64,000 nucleotides of DNA from Octopus vulgaris (lineage: Eukaryota), in NCBI GenBank assembly GCA_951406725.2, contig OX597818.1, forward strand, positions 144,088,001 through 144,152,000. The letters run 5' to 3'. The position numbers and the translations under genes were made by a program. Numbering within the stretch: the stretch's first letter is position 1; each line of letters opens with the position of its first letter. The notes beneath the pieces were generated by a model. It searched no databases, was not told where the DNA came from, and worked only from the letters and a program-made list of their open reading frames with translations. Of the stretch, positions 24,622 to 37,460 are shown piece by piece.

Positions 24622-26371
24622 GTGTGTGTATGTATGTATGTATAAAAGGGACCGAGGTAAAAGAATACGCACACCACCCGTTTACGAAGTAACAAGGACC
24701 CTAGCCCCTAACACTGGTTGTACGTGTTCTTTACTTTCGCCATAAAAGGTTTTTGTTTCATTTAAACAATTTTAAAACGTCTAAATTATAAGTTTATCGT
24801 TTAATAAACCTCCCCACACGCGGCAAAATGTTTCAATCTCTCTGTTACCAACGAAAACGATAAGCTTCCTCGATATTATTATTGTGTAACCAGAAGCTTG
24901 TTACTTTTAAACGTTCTGGGGGGAAAAAAAACTTCCTTTTCTACACACCCATATTTTTCTTTTTCTTTTTGTTAATGTGTACATCTTAACCTTATGGGGT
25001 CATTCATATCGATTCATTTCAAGATGACAACGCCGATACATAGCAATACTGATTACACCCACAAAGGAATCTAAAAAAAAAGATTTTTTGCGTCGAAGTA
25101 CCCTGAACTCCCAATATGCCACAAATCTCCTTTTTTTATTTTCAGAAACAAAGGGAGGCTAGTGCTGGGGGAGCTTGGAATTACTCCCGAAAGTCCGAGG
25201 TCCACCACCACATAAACGCCTCCTTTCTACTGAAAATGGAAGATTTGGCTGCTATTTCTAGCACGCGCTGCTACCACGTAACAGCTATTTGCGATAGCAG
25301 CATGTCCTTTATCGCAAATACCTGTTCAGTGGTAGCAGGACGTGCTAGAAATACCAGCCTAATCGGTTCATAACAACGTTTCACTTTGTTTCGCTTTAAT
25401 TACAACTAGGGAGGGGGAGGTTGGGTGATCTGCTGTTCCTGTCATTATTAAAGTGTTGCCTGGTTTTTACCCCTTGATTTGCCTTTTCCCACTGGTCAAC
25501 GGTTTCTGTAGATTGTATCTGTATAATGTCACTTCCTACTTTTTCTTAAAATACTGCGAAATGTGCTCCACATACAAAGAAGTTACATTTTAATTCAAAC
25601 GAAATAACCAGTTCTTGAATCTTTCAGAAAATTAATAAAAGAAAAGTGGTGCGCTTTCGTATGTGAAAATAATCTTTTGTCACTAAACACTTTCAAACTT
25701 CGGACACGGGTGGAAAGGCGTGATTCAACTGAATAAAATGACTGCCGTCGTTTGTCAACAAGAACTTCCGGCGGTGTATATTTCGTCTGTCACTGTTAAT
25801 GACAACCCTTAACCACCCTTTCCTTACTGTATTTCTGTTGAGATGCTCTCTGTTTCTTTCAATTACTTTAAAAAAACAAAGAATTTAGTAAAGTAACTTA
25901 GTTATCATTCAGCTGGTTTTAGGAATATAGATTGTGACTAAGGATTGGTGGAAGATTTTAATTCAAAACTTATGAAAACAAGACATTTGTACTCAGAGCC
26001 ACAGCCGGTTTCAGCCGGGTTGGTCACGAAAGGGTTAAAACTAGTACAAACGCACGATATGTCATAAATAGCAATTACAAACGAAAAACCCACCGCCGAT
26101 AGTTTTTGTTGACAAACAACAGCAGTAATTTTATTCAGCTGAATACACGTCATTGATTGGTTGAAATTACCGAAATACGAAAACTTTGAGACGTGAAATA
26201 ACTTCGTAAATAGGTTTTTCACAAAAATGCTAAGAGTAAAAGATATTTCATATGACACATTCTACCAGTGTCCGAAGTTTGAAACTGTTTAGTTACAAAA
26301 GATTATTTTTTAAATCTGTCGGTCAAAAGGTAAAGATCCGCAACCAGTTGCTCAGACAGCCGGCACATACC

Positions 26372-26602
26372 TATTTCTTTACTACCCACAAGGGGCTAAA
26401 CACAGAGGGGACAAACAAGGACAGACGTAGGTATTAAGTCGATTACATCGACCCCAGTGCGTAACTGGTACATAATATATCGACCCCGAAAGGATGAAAG
26501 GTAAAGTCGACCTGGGCGGAATTTGAACTCACAACGTAACGGCAGACGAAATACCGCTAAGCATTTCGCCCGGCGTGCTAACGGTTCTGCCAGCTCGCCG
26601 CC
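26372..26602 (-). mobile_element. tRNA-derived SINE (unit 3 copy)
   Basis: Duplicate of 5363-5593 with the same TSD. Confidence 0.9.
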
Positions 26603-29600
26603 AGACAGCCGGCACATACCATTTCGCTAGCCACAAGGGGAGCACAGGATGACAGTCAGCCCAAACCGTCGCTATGCTGTATCTCTTCTTTCCTCTCTCT
26701 GTCTCTCTTATTAAGAAGATGTATGTATATTGTGCTAAGATTCGTTATCAAAAGTTATCCTTACTGAGAAGAAGCAGTCAAAAGCAACCACCACATACAA
26801 TCACCAAACATCTCCACTACTTAACACCGTCCAAGTTAACCTGCTTCGCCTTTTCAGTTGACATAAAAAAGCGAGGAAAAGGCAATCATTTTAATTAAGC
26901 AAAAGAAAAAGAGAAAAAATTGATTGCTATTAAAACGCGTAAAATTTGATCGTTAATAATCTTAATCTTTAGTTTCATTCAAACTATATAACAGGCAGAA
27001 TTGTCGGATTAAGATAGTAGGGTGTTTTGAGGGAGATTTGGCTGCTGTTTCAACCAGGTCTAGCTACCATGTAGAGGACTCCCTCATTGGCTCATACATA
27101 TATACATATCGAAAAACATACTTAAAGCAACAGGCGTCAAATACAAAAGTCAAGGTCCATGCAGTGTCATGGGCCAAAAAAAATCTCCAACTTCATGCCT
27201 GATGCGAGCCCAGAGCAATCTTTTATTTCTTACACTATTTCAGTAATACGTCTCTATTGTAATAATTTCAGTCTGAATTTTGACGTATGAGGTATCAGAA
27301 GATTCAATACTATTTCAGGTACAAATTAAACTTAATTTCCATTCAGATATTTGCATTTCAAACATTTAAAATTATAATCTTTTTCATAAATCAACGATCG
27401 TAAACATTTTATATGATGACGTCACATTTCCTATGTGTGTGTACCTTAAAAGACATCAGTCATCACGACACACACCTTCACTCACTCTATCTCTCTCATA
27501 CGCACACACACACACACGTCCATTTCATATAGGCCTACATACATCTTTCACTTTCTTCTTCTGCCCTTTTCGCTTTCTCTTTCAATTTCTGCTCACTTCA
27601 AATAATTTTTTAAGGATACAACTGCTTACAAAAACAGGGATTAATGTATAATTTCTTTTTGTGTTCATAATTCTTTGTTTATAATACTGAAAAAAATATG
27701 TCACCAAAGAACAAACGCAATCTCTCCAGAAACAAGTGTAAAGCAAGGAGGATTGTAGAAAACCGAAGGTGAGAGTCTGAACAGAGAAGTGAGATGAGAT
27801 TTTCTCAAGATCAGCAAATGCATGTTGCAGCACTTAATGCTGGATCATTAAATCAATGTTTTAATGATTAGACAGAGGTCCAGTAGAATAGCTCTCAGAA
27901 ACAGACAAGAGAAACTGAAAAGATGCTGGCTGGACATCTAATAATAGTTTGAAAGACCGCTGGCTGAATGCACTATCAGAAACAGGAATCGAGGGAGAGA
28001 GATGCTGTATGCGTCGATGGTCCCCGACCCTCAGAAATGAGAAAGGAAATAGGTAAAGCAAGGCAATGTGTGTGTATGCTCGTGCACGTGTATATGTGTG
28101 CATATATATGTATATGCTTGTTTATATATTTACGTCTGTGTGTGAGTGTGCGCATAATATATGTGTGTGTATAATGTGTTAAGAGATACTAGGGATTGGT
28201 GTGAATGGCAAAGTTGATGTTAAATGCCTAGGGGAGGGGATTATATAGGCAATGGTATTGTCACCAAGGTTGTTCATGAAAATTTTGAAATGATAGGTGG
28301 AGCAACATTTTCTCCCCACGCCACACTCCTTCCCTAAAACCACACCCCCACCTCCATCCCTTTACACATCCAGCCAAAAGATTCTTTTGTGTTTTAAATG
28401 TCTGTTCCCTTTTTTCTTCACTTTTATTGCGGCAACTGTTGATGTCTCAAAGGGCAGATGAAGGCAGGTGTGAAGTGATGTGTGTGTGTATTCCCTGTTG
28501 CATCCTGTTATAATTAGTTATTTTGTGATAACTTGGCATGAATTGGAAGATAGGTGTGTGTGTGTGTCTGTGTGTTGTAAAGCAGTATTTGCTTTCTTTC
28601 TATTCAAATATACAAATGGTGTGTGTGTGTGTATATATATATTATCACCCATGTGGATCGTGATTGAAAAAAGGGGAAAATAATAAGATAGAGAAAATTC
28701 TTTAGCGTATTTATAATGTAACAGGATGTTTTGTGATTTTGTGCCCTTTTGGTTCATAAAAACATTGTTAAAAAACAATTATAAAGAAACTTGTATTGCT
28801 CACCACCAGCTTTTTTCGTTGTTTTTCTCACAATCTGCTGCATAGATTTATAGGTGTACCTCTATTTTTTTTCAAACGGTTCTCATGTTGTGTATACACA
28901 CACATGACTCATAATATTTATGAGTCACTGAAACACCTTTGTAAATGTAGACTTTGTTTCTTAACTTATTTAAAAATCCTTGAATGGGTCACCTTCGTCA
29001 TGATGTCTGTTACACTATAGCTGCAACCAGTTTACTTCGAAGGGAATATTCTAGTAAATAGTTTTATCAAACGACGCAATATTTTACGCGTGTCATGTTG
29101 GAAATCCTAAACTGATGAACAACAGATCAGCCCATAATGATATTCCCTTGACCTAAGCTTTATCGCCGTCTCAGTTTTTGATTTTGATTTTTCCAGTTTC
29201 AGCTTATGAGCTGTGGCCATGCTCATGTGAATTTTTTGAGAACATGTATGTGTGTTTATGTAATGTTTTTAGAAATATGTATTTATATAAACATATATGA
29301 ATATATGGCTGTGTATAACCTTTATAAACTACAAAAAGAGAAGAAAAAAAAAGAAAAACCCCGAGAAATAAACCATTTCAACACACACTTGTCTGTCATT
29401 GTAAGTATAGCTTATAATGAAAGAAGTTTGGCTGTTTTTATATTCATATACACTTTTATTATTTACTCACACTGACATTCCCTATCCTCAGTCACTGTAT
29501 GAATTAGTGCATGAAGCAATTCAAAATCAGCTCAGTCTTTTTCTTCTTGAGCTCCAGTTGGAAGCATTCATTTAATGATACTTTTGAGGCACATAATGTT

Positions 29601-31359
29601 GTTGTTTAACTCCAGATCAAATTTTTATGAAGTCCGCTTATAATGGAAGACGTTTCATAGGGACCCTCTGGTTTTTGTACATATTTGTGTTTTCTTTCTT
29701 TATTCTAAGACTGCTGTTTTAAACAGGCTGAACCACTGCCCAGTGGTTCCAAGTTACTTGACCATATAATGTAGAGAGGAACATGGAAGATGATTGATCT
29801 GAAGACACTTAAAAGCCCATGCTATTAATTTTCCTTATGTCAATGTGTTTCAATTTAGCTTCTATTATAATACCTAGAAACACTACAGAATACATAAAAC
29901 ACGTGTGCGCTTGTACTGTGAGCATTTAAAGGTTAACCAGTGTGCCACCATGGGATGGTGTGAAACAGCGATAAATCCAGTGGTATTCATAAGGAGGATG
30001 GTAGCAGCAGCTTAGACATTACTATTCCAGTATATATATATTTCTTTACTGCCCGCAAGGGGCTAAACAAGGACAGACGAAGGGATTGAGTCGATTAATC
30101 GCCCCCAGTGCGAAACTGGTACTTTATTTATCGACCCCGAAAGGATATAAATACTGAAACTATGGTTTCAGTATTGTTTCTCTCTCTCTCTCTCTCTTCA
30201 GATCACTCACATTCTGTATCACCCAATCTGCCACATTAAATAGATATGTCATATTGATGTGCGAAAATATATATATATAATTGGCATCATTGTTTTTATG
30301 TTCACTTTTTCCATCCTGATATGTCTTTAACTAGAATTCTTTGAAGCAGTGTTCTTCAGCTGAATGCCTTTCATGTTGCTAACCTTTACCTTTCTTTAAA
30401 CAAGCCACTTTTATTCCACTGGTCTTCACATGTTGAAACTGCTGGTTGTAGTGTAGTAATGTAGACGTGACATTGCTACCATTCAAATATCCAAGCGTGA
30501 AGACATGCTAGGAGATGAAAAAATTTACACACACACATTGTGCGTACGTACACACACATTGAACAGCCGTCTGCACAATTTCATATACCAGTTTGACGTA
30601 GAAAGCATGGCTGTAGTAGAAGATACGTGCTCATGGTTCTACATGTGAGAATCAAAACCACATGGTTCAAATGAGAACGTCTTAATCCACATAACTCATA
30701 GTGTGTGTGAATTTATATTTAATGAGGATGGTGAAGCTCTGATAAAATGACATTAAGATATAACGTTAACCCAAAGTATACCATCTGATATGTGCCACTG
30801 TTTCAAGACACTAGGCTGTCAAGAGAGGTCGATTTTAGCTGTTATTTTTCTCAGCTTGAATGTACAACCAGTGTGTGTGTATCAGTATTTACCGATTATG
30901 TACGTGTGTTTATACGTTGTTAATGCAAGGAAATAAACAGTGACAGAACGTGATATGTCACTCTTGACTCTTCGATATCACCTGTGTACAACAGCCAGCC
31001 ACGTATTGCTTGTGGTAGAGATACCGTATCAGTCAATATGTGCAGTTTGGACCGAATTGAAAAGTTACACTTACGCCTGCACAGCTTTTGCTATAACACA
31101 CTCTGTAACTAACGAAAATGTTTTTTTTTATAATACAAGTTATATAATAAGTACTAGTGTAACTGTATACACATTTTTTCTGGCAAGACTTCCTTTTGTA
31201 CCCTCTCCAAAACACCACTTTTTTTATTTAATATTTTTTTTCTACACAAACCCCCGTTTTCACCTATGGAGAATACGAGCCTGCAACAAAATTTGGGAAA
31301 AAAATCAGCATTTTTAAATTACACCCCCCCCCCCACTAAAATTCATTATCAACTTTCAA

Positions 31360-32060
31360 CTTGTCTTCTTTTCCCATTGACTCTTCTTTATAGGACATTA
31401 GTGCTGAGGTTCTGTGACCTAATGACATGCCCAAAATTCTGCAGCCTTTTCTTTCTAACAGTTGCCAAAATTTCTCCTTTTGTTATTTCCTCAAATACAG
31501 GCTTGCTCAATGGTCAGTCCAACTGATCCACAGTACTCTTCAGTCACACTGAGTTTGGCAATGACATTTGCCCTTAGGGCCCTGCTTTCACCAGCATACA
31601 ATGCAACAGGCCAAACTAGTGTCTTCAGGAGCTTTTAATTTAATGTTCTTGTTAAGAGCTGTCTTTTTAGATTGCATTGAGTAATTTTTAAACTGACCTT
31701 GCAGCCCCAAACCATACTCTTATTTCATGACCTCTGTCTCTTGATTGTCCAATATTGGGCACCCAGATATCTGAGTTGGGTGACGATTTTCTAAAGTAAG
31801 TTCCTTGGCATTGGATGTTGAGTTACTCTGGTGTTTTTATCACTGCTCTGACTGTTGTCTTCCTTGTACTGATTTCTAGCCAGTATTTGAAGCACATGGG
31901 TGAAACAAGACAACCTTGACAAACTCCTTTCTTCATACAGAACTATCTATATGTTCCTTCTCCACTCTGAAGGCTGCTTGTTGGTTCTTGTAGAGATTAC
32001 GAAATAGAGTGACAGCTTTACTGTTCACACCCATCCTTTTCAAGATGAACAAGAGGGATA
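31360..32060 (-). pseudogene. Decayed LINE reverse transcriptase fragment
   Basis: Minus strand gives LFRNLYKNQQAAFRV...GVCQGCLVSP and downstream YLG-type remnants; many stops. Confidence 0.6.
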
Positions 32061-33454
32061 TATGTCGCACTGAGTAGAATAGTTTTTTGTAATCTATAAA
32101 GGCTATGGATAAAAGGACACACACACACACACACACACAGATATATATATATAGAGAGAGAGCAATTATTGCCATCATTTAATGCCCAGCTCCCATGTAC
32201 ATATGAAAAAAAAATAATATATATAAACCTACAAGAAAATTCCATAGTATTGGCCTCAGTAGATTACATATATATGTATGGGAAAGGCATCCAGCTGTAG
32301 AAACCATGACAAAGTAGACACTGGAGTATGACATATTCCTCAAAGAATGTCATACTAAAGAACTCTCTCTGACTTATAATATTTCCAGTCATTAACCAAC
32401 CACTTTACAGAATGTGCTGAGTGCATTTTGTTGTGGAACCAGTAGAAGAGAGGTTGTCTTGTCCTATTTAAAAATATAGCAACTTCTCTATTCTATAATG
32501 TCTCTGTGCATTTAAGATGTTTTGAGCTTTCAAAGAAAGAGGGAGCAGACTTGAATAAAATTATACTACTTTTAAAAATAATAAAACAAATATGATGTAT
32601 CAGAGAAAGTGAAATAATGCATTAGTCTCAAACAGAAGATAAATAGACCAATTGTGGATGAAGAGTAGGAGAGAAAGAGAAGCCTTCAGAAAGAAGATAT
32701 AAGAAAACATAGCCCCTCACATAAAAAAAAAAAAAAAAGATGGATGGTCACAACTGAAAAGCTTTCACCATTCTGCTTAATCAGGTTTGACCTTGGGCTA
32801 AATAACAACTTTGTTTTCAGTGAACAAGAAATCCTCTATTTTCCTCTGTCCTATATCAATCACGTGTTCGTCTCGCTAGATCATGGGTTTGATTCCTAGA
32901 CTTGGTGGTGCATTATGTTCTCAAGCAACACCCTTCATTTCACATTGCTCCAGACCCCACTTTTGATCAACATGGAAATAAGGCCTGCTCGCCTGGCCAG
33001 CTGGGTGGCTGGGTGGCATCGTTTGAAAGCTAAAATGATGCAATGTGCATCGTGACCAATGATGTGTAACGACATCTGATAGTTTGGTCGGTCACGTGAT
33101 CACATGTCTGTATATGTATACACACACACACACACACATATATATAACAGGCAGAGAGAGACAGATATACTAGCATACATTTAATCATGTTACATCTATG
33201 TGTACGTACATACAAAAAAGAAGAAACAGAAAGAGATTTTAAATGGCTGACACAGAATTAAGAAGCCTGAATTGTTGTCCTGGAGGCAGCAGCTACACAA
33301 GCTACACCTGGTTATACCCTGTATTCTACTTTGACTTCATCTTTCTAGTGATGGAGATTTATTAGAAAACAAACTACGATAAGGGAGGGAGCAAATGAGG
33401 ATGGAAGGAAAAGAAATGAAATGCTTAATATAGCAGACTAACACAAATAATATC

Positions 33455-33715
33455 TGCGCCTGGCCCCGTGCCGGTGGCACATAAAAAGCACCATCCGTTT
33501 GTAGTCATTTGCCAGCTCTGTCTGGCACCTGTGCGGGTGGCACGTAAAAAGCACCCACTACACTCACGGAGTGGTTGGCGTTAGGAAGGGCATCCAGCCG
33601 TAGAAACACTGCCAGATTTGACTGGAGCCTGGTGCAGCCTTCTGGCTTCCCAGACCCCAGTGGAACCGTCCAACCCATGCTAGCATGGAAAGCAGACGCT
33701 AAACGATGATGATGA
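33455..33715 (+). mobile_element. RTE-LINE 3'-tail-derived repeat/SINE
   Basis: ggtggcacgtaaaaagcacc...gttaggaagggcatccagc...catgctagcatgga...(gat)n; same as the LINE 3' end at 52130-52424. Confidence 0.85.
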
Positions 33716-34927
33716 AATATAAAAGAGGAGAGGAGGGGACAAATAATTTCCTGAAAGAACATGGGAAGGTGAGGGCAGCAAGGAGAGAAGTGAGAATGAA
33801 ATACATGTAGGGAAAATTAAGAGAAAGTGATGATAAAGCTAAAAGTGAGAAATGAAAGTGAGAGTGCTTATCCTGAGGATAACTATATTTAAAAAGTAAG
33901 GAAAAATGCTGAGGGTGAGCAAGAGTAAACTTGAAGAAACACTGTTGTAGTTATTACTACCTGCATCACACATTGGTTTGCTTGTTTTACATTAGTTTTC
34001 CTATGTTGGCAAAGATTGAACTTTTACTCCTTTGAGGTGGTATTTTGAATGCTCTTCCTGTCACAAACCCTTACTGCTTTTATAAGTTTGTTTTTTTTTT
34101 ATCCCACTACTTCAAGATTGTGTAACAAAGGGACATAATGCTCACAAACAATGTAAAAACACATCATTCATTTTTGTTGTGCTGATTTCATAAAAGAAGA
34201 AAAAAGACATTTTCATTACACATACACACATTTATACAACAAATTTTCATAAAGTTCCCATCTACCAATTCACTCACAGACCATTAGTCAGCCTAAAGCA
34301 ATAGCAGAAGACACTTGTCCAAGGTGCTATACAGTGGGACTGAATCTAAGTGGTTGCAAAGCATACTACTTAATAACACAGCCACGTCCGTATGCAAGTA
34401 TGCATACACACACATATACATACATAGTAAATAGAAGCATACACCAGGACAAAAGGACATACAGTAATAATCTAAGCCAGAATTTAGCCACACTGTTAAG
34501 TAAACAGAGGTTTTTCTCAATGTGGCTACAAGAGGAGATTGATCAATCAAGCTTCAGCATTTATTAACATCATATCTATTAATTATTCCTGTCTACAGCA
34601 GCCTCTAGCTATTCATAATGTATGTAAACTGGGACAGAACTAAACTCATCTGCCTATTTTGCCTAATAGTACAAACATTGACAATACGAATTAATAAGTC
34701 ACTATATAAGGCCAGGAATGTGATAAGCCAGTAAGCCAATGATATCAACCCAAATACCTGACTGGTATTTTTCTTTTAACTCTGATGGAATGCCCTTTTG
34801 TCAACAACTCTCACATGTTTCGAAGCCAGACAATCTTTCACAGAATACTGAAAATGAATGACACTGCTTATATGACAGGGGCCATGTAATGTCAAAACAA
34901 GGAGATGCAAATATGCACACACTCACA

Positions 34928-35240
34928 TCATCGTTTAACGTCCGTTCTCCATGCTAGCATGGGTTGGACGGTTCGACCGGGGATCTGGGAAGCCAGAAGG
35001 CTGCACCAGGTTCCAGTCTGATCTGGCAATGTTTCTACAGCTGGATGCCCTTCCTAACGCCAACCACTCCATGAGTGTAGTGGGTGCTTTTTACGTGCCA
35101 CCTGCACTGGTGCCAGGCGAGGCTGGCATCGGCCACGATCGGATTGGTGCATTTTACGTGCCACCTGCACGGAAGCCAGTCGAGGCGGCAATGGCTTCGG
35201 CCACGATTCGGATGGTGCTTTTTACGTGCCACTGACACGG
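34928..35240 (-). mobile_element. RTE-LINE 3'-tail-derived repeat/SINE, reverse orientation
   Basis: Reverse complement of the 33455-33715 family. Confidence 0.85.
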
Positions 35241-35952
35241 AAGCCACATACATACATATACATGTTTGTGTATATATACAGTGCTCAAGCATGGCCACAG
35301 TCATATGACTGAAACAAGTAAAAGAATAAATACATACACACATGCAATGATAGGCTTCTTTCGATTTCTGCTCACAAGACTTTGATTAGCCTGAGGAGTG
35401 ACACACTGAGGATTGAATATGAAATTACATACGTGGCTGGGAAACAAACTTTTCAATTATATGCACAAGCCCACACCTAAAATACAATATTAGTGGTTCA
35501 CAGGTTTTTGTTCTGTACTAGTATGGATTCATATTTACATAAATTCTGTTATGTAGGTGTGGTGCACATGTATGTACTTACAGGTGTAAAAGGGTGCACC
35601 AAGTTTCATATCTTTACATCTACTTGTTTATGCAATAAATAACAATTGATGAATTATGCACTTGAGTGAGTTACCAAGTCTCTTGCAACCAGTTGATGTA
35701 AGTTGTTTAACAACCTGAATACACAAGAGCAATAGTAAAGAAAACCCAGCAGTTGTTCGTGACAAAGTTTGCATTGATATCATGTTCAAAAAAATTGTCA
35801 ATCGTAAACAAATAATGAAGAGTTCAAAAAAATAGGTTAATCACAAGTGGAACATCTTTGACCATGAGTCTGTTAAATCAGGACTGATGTAGGGTTATAC
35901 AATAACAATTATCTACGTCTTATGACAGAAATATTTTCTGTTAACAAACTTA

Positions 35953-36388
35953 GTACGTAAAAGCACCATCTGTTCGTGTTCGTTGCCAGCCTCGCCTGGC
36001 CCCATGCCGGTGACACGTAAAAACACCATCCGTTCGTGGCCGTTTACCAACCCTGTCTGGCCCCCATGTCGGTGGCATGTAAAAGCACCATCCGTTCGTG
36101 TCCGTTGCCAGCCTCGCCTGGCCCCGTGCCGGTGACACGTAAAAGCACCATCCGTTTGTGGCCGTTTGCCAGAGCTCTGTCTGGCACCTGTGTGGGTGGC
36201 ACGTAAAAAGCACCCACTACACTCACGGAGTGGTTGGCGTTAGGAAGGGCATCCAGCCGTAGAAACACTGCCAGATCAGACTGGGCCTGGTGCAGCCTTC
36301 CAGCTTCACAGACCCCAGTTGAACCGTCCAACCCATGCTAGCATGGAGAACGGACGCTAAATGATGATGATGATGATGATGATGATGA
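35953..36388 (+). mobile_element. RTE-LINE 3'-tail repeat with internally reiterated subunits and (gat)n tail
   Basis: Five cacgtaaaagcacc-type subrepeats followed by the conserved tail. Confidence 0.85.
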
Positions 36389-36519
36389 GTACAGGAAATA
36401 AAAAATGACAGGATCAGATAAAACAACAGCAATATCTTATTGGTACTTACCTTACCAGTATTAAATGGGTAAAAATCAAAATGATTTCCAGTGTGAAACA
36501 GAAAATAGTTAGGAATTAA

Positions 36520-37460
36520 TGCTGATGCACACAGAGGCAGATTGTATGATGTTGGTGTGTGAACAGCCATGCTGCATGGCAATGAAACATGGGCTGTGAC
36601 CACTGATGACATGCATAGGCTTCAAAGAAATGAAGCTAGTATGCTTCGCTGAATGTGCAATGTCAGTGTGATGTATGACAGATTGTAAGCATCCTGAGAG
36701 AAAAGTTGAGAATAAGAGGCATCAGATGTGGTGTGCAAGAGACAACTGCACTGGTATGGTCATGTGATGCATATGGATGAGGACAGCAGTGTAAAGAAGT
36801 GCCAATCTCTAAATGTGCAGGGAACTTGTGGAAGAGGTAGAGCCAGGAAGACATGGGACAAGATGGTAAAGCATGATCTTCAAACATTGGGCCTCACGGA
36901 GGCAATGACAAGTGACCAAGGCTTTTGACAATATGCCGTGCCTGAGACGACTTGTCTAGCCAGGTGAAATCATAGTCATGGCCAATACTGGTTCTCACAT
37001 AACTGGCACAGAAAAGAACCCTTTGCCTGCAACAGGTAAAAAGCACCCATTACAGTTTTGGGGTGGTTGACGTTAGGAAGGGCATGCAGCCATAGAAACC
37101 ATGCCAAACCAGACTGGAACTTGGTCAAGCTCTCCAGCTGACCAATTCCACTCAAACCTATTTCTTTATTGCCCACAAGGGGCTAAACACAGAGGGGACA
37201 AACAAGGACAGACATAGGTATTAAGTCGATTACATCGACCCAAGTGCGTAACTGGTACTTAATTTATCGACCCCGAAAGGATGAAAGGCAAAGTCGACCT
37301 CGGCGGAATTTGAACTCACAACGTAACGCAGACGAAATACCGCTAAGCATTTCGCCCGGCGTGCTAACGTTTCTGCCAGCTCGCCGCCTTAAATTCCACT
37401 CAAACCATCTTACCCATGCCAGTATGGAAACCAGATGCTAAATGATGATAATGATGATGA
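36520..37460 (+). mobile_element. 5'-truncated decayed RTE LINE (3' end) interrupted by a SINE
   Basis: LHGNETWAVT...LHWYGHVMHMDED...GRGRARKTW matches the C-terminus at 51560-51900; (gat)n tail near 37442-37460. Confidence 0.85.
37159..37388 (-). mobile_element. tRNA-derived SINE with 15-bp TSD
   Basis: Same family as 5363-5593; TSD aattccactcaaacc at 37144-37158 and 37392-37406. Confidence 0.9.

Larger units (their letters stand above)
1..27330. repeat. Tandem segmental duplication, ~10.5-kb unit (about 2.6 copies visible)
   Basis: Position 1 sequence (taataaagagtgaatgagaa) recurs at 10686 and 21042. The main ORF recurs at 2370/12898/23413. Near-identity continues to ~26847, followed by diverged homology to ~27330. 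Confidence 0.98.

Noticed and set aside
27400-31300. Numerous short ORFs rich in YI/CV/HT
   Set aside because: Microsatellite-driven translations with no recognisable domains.
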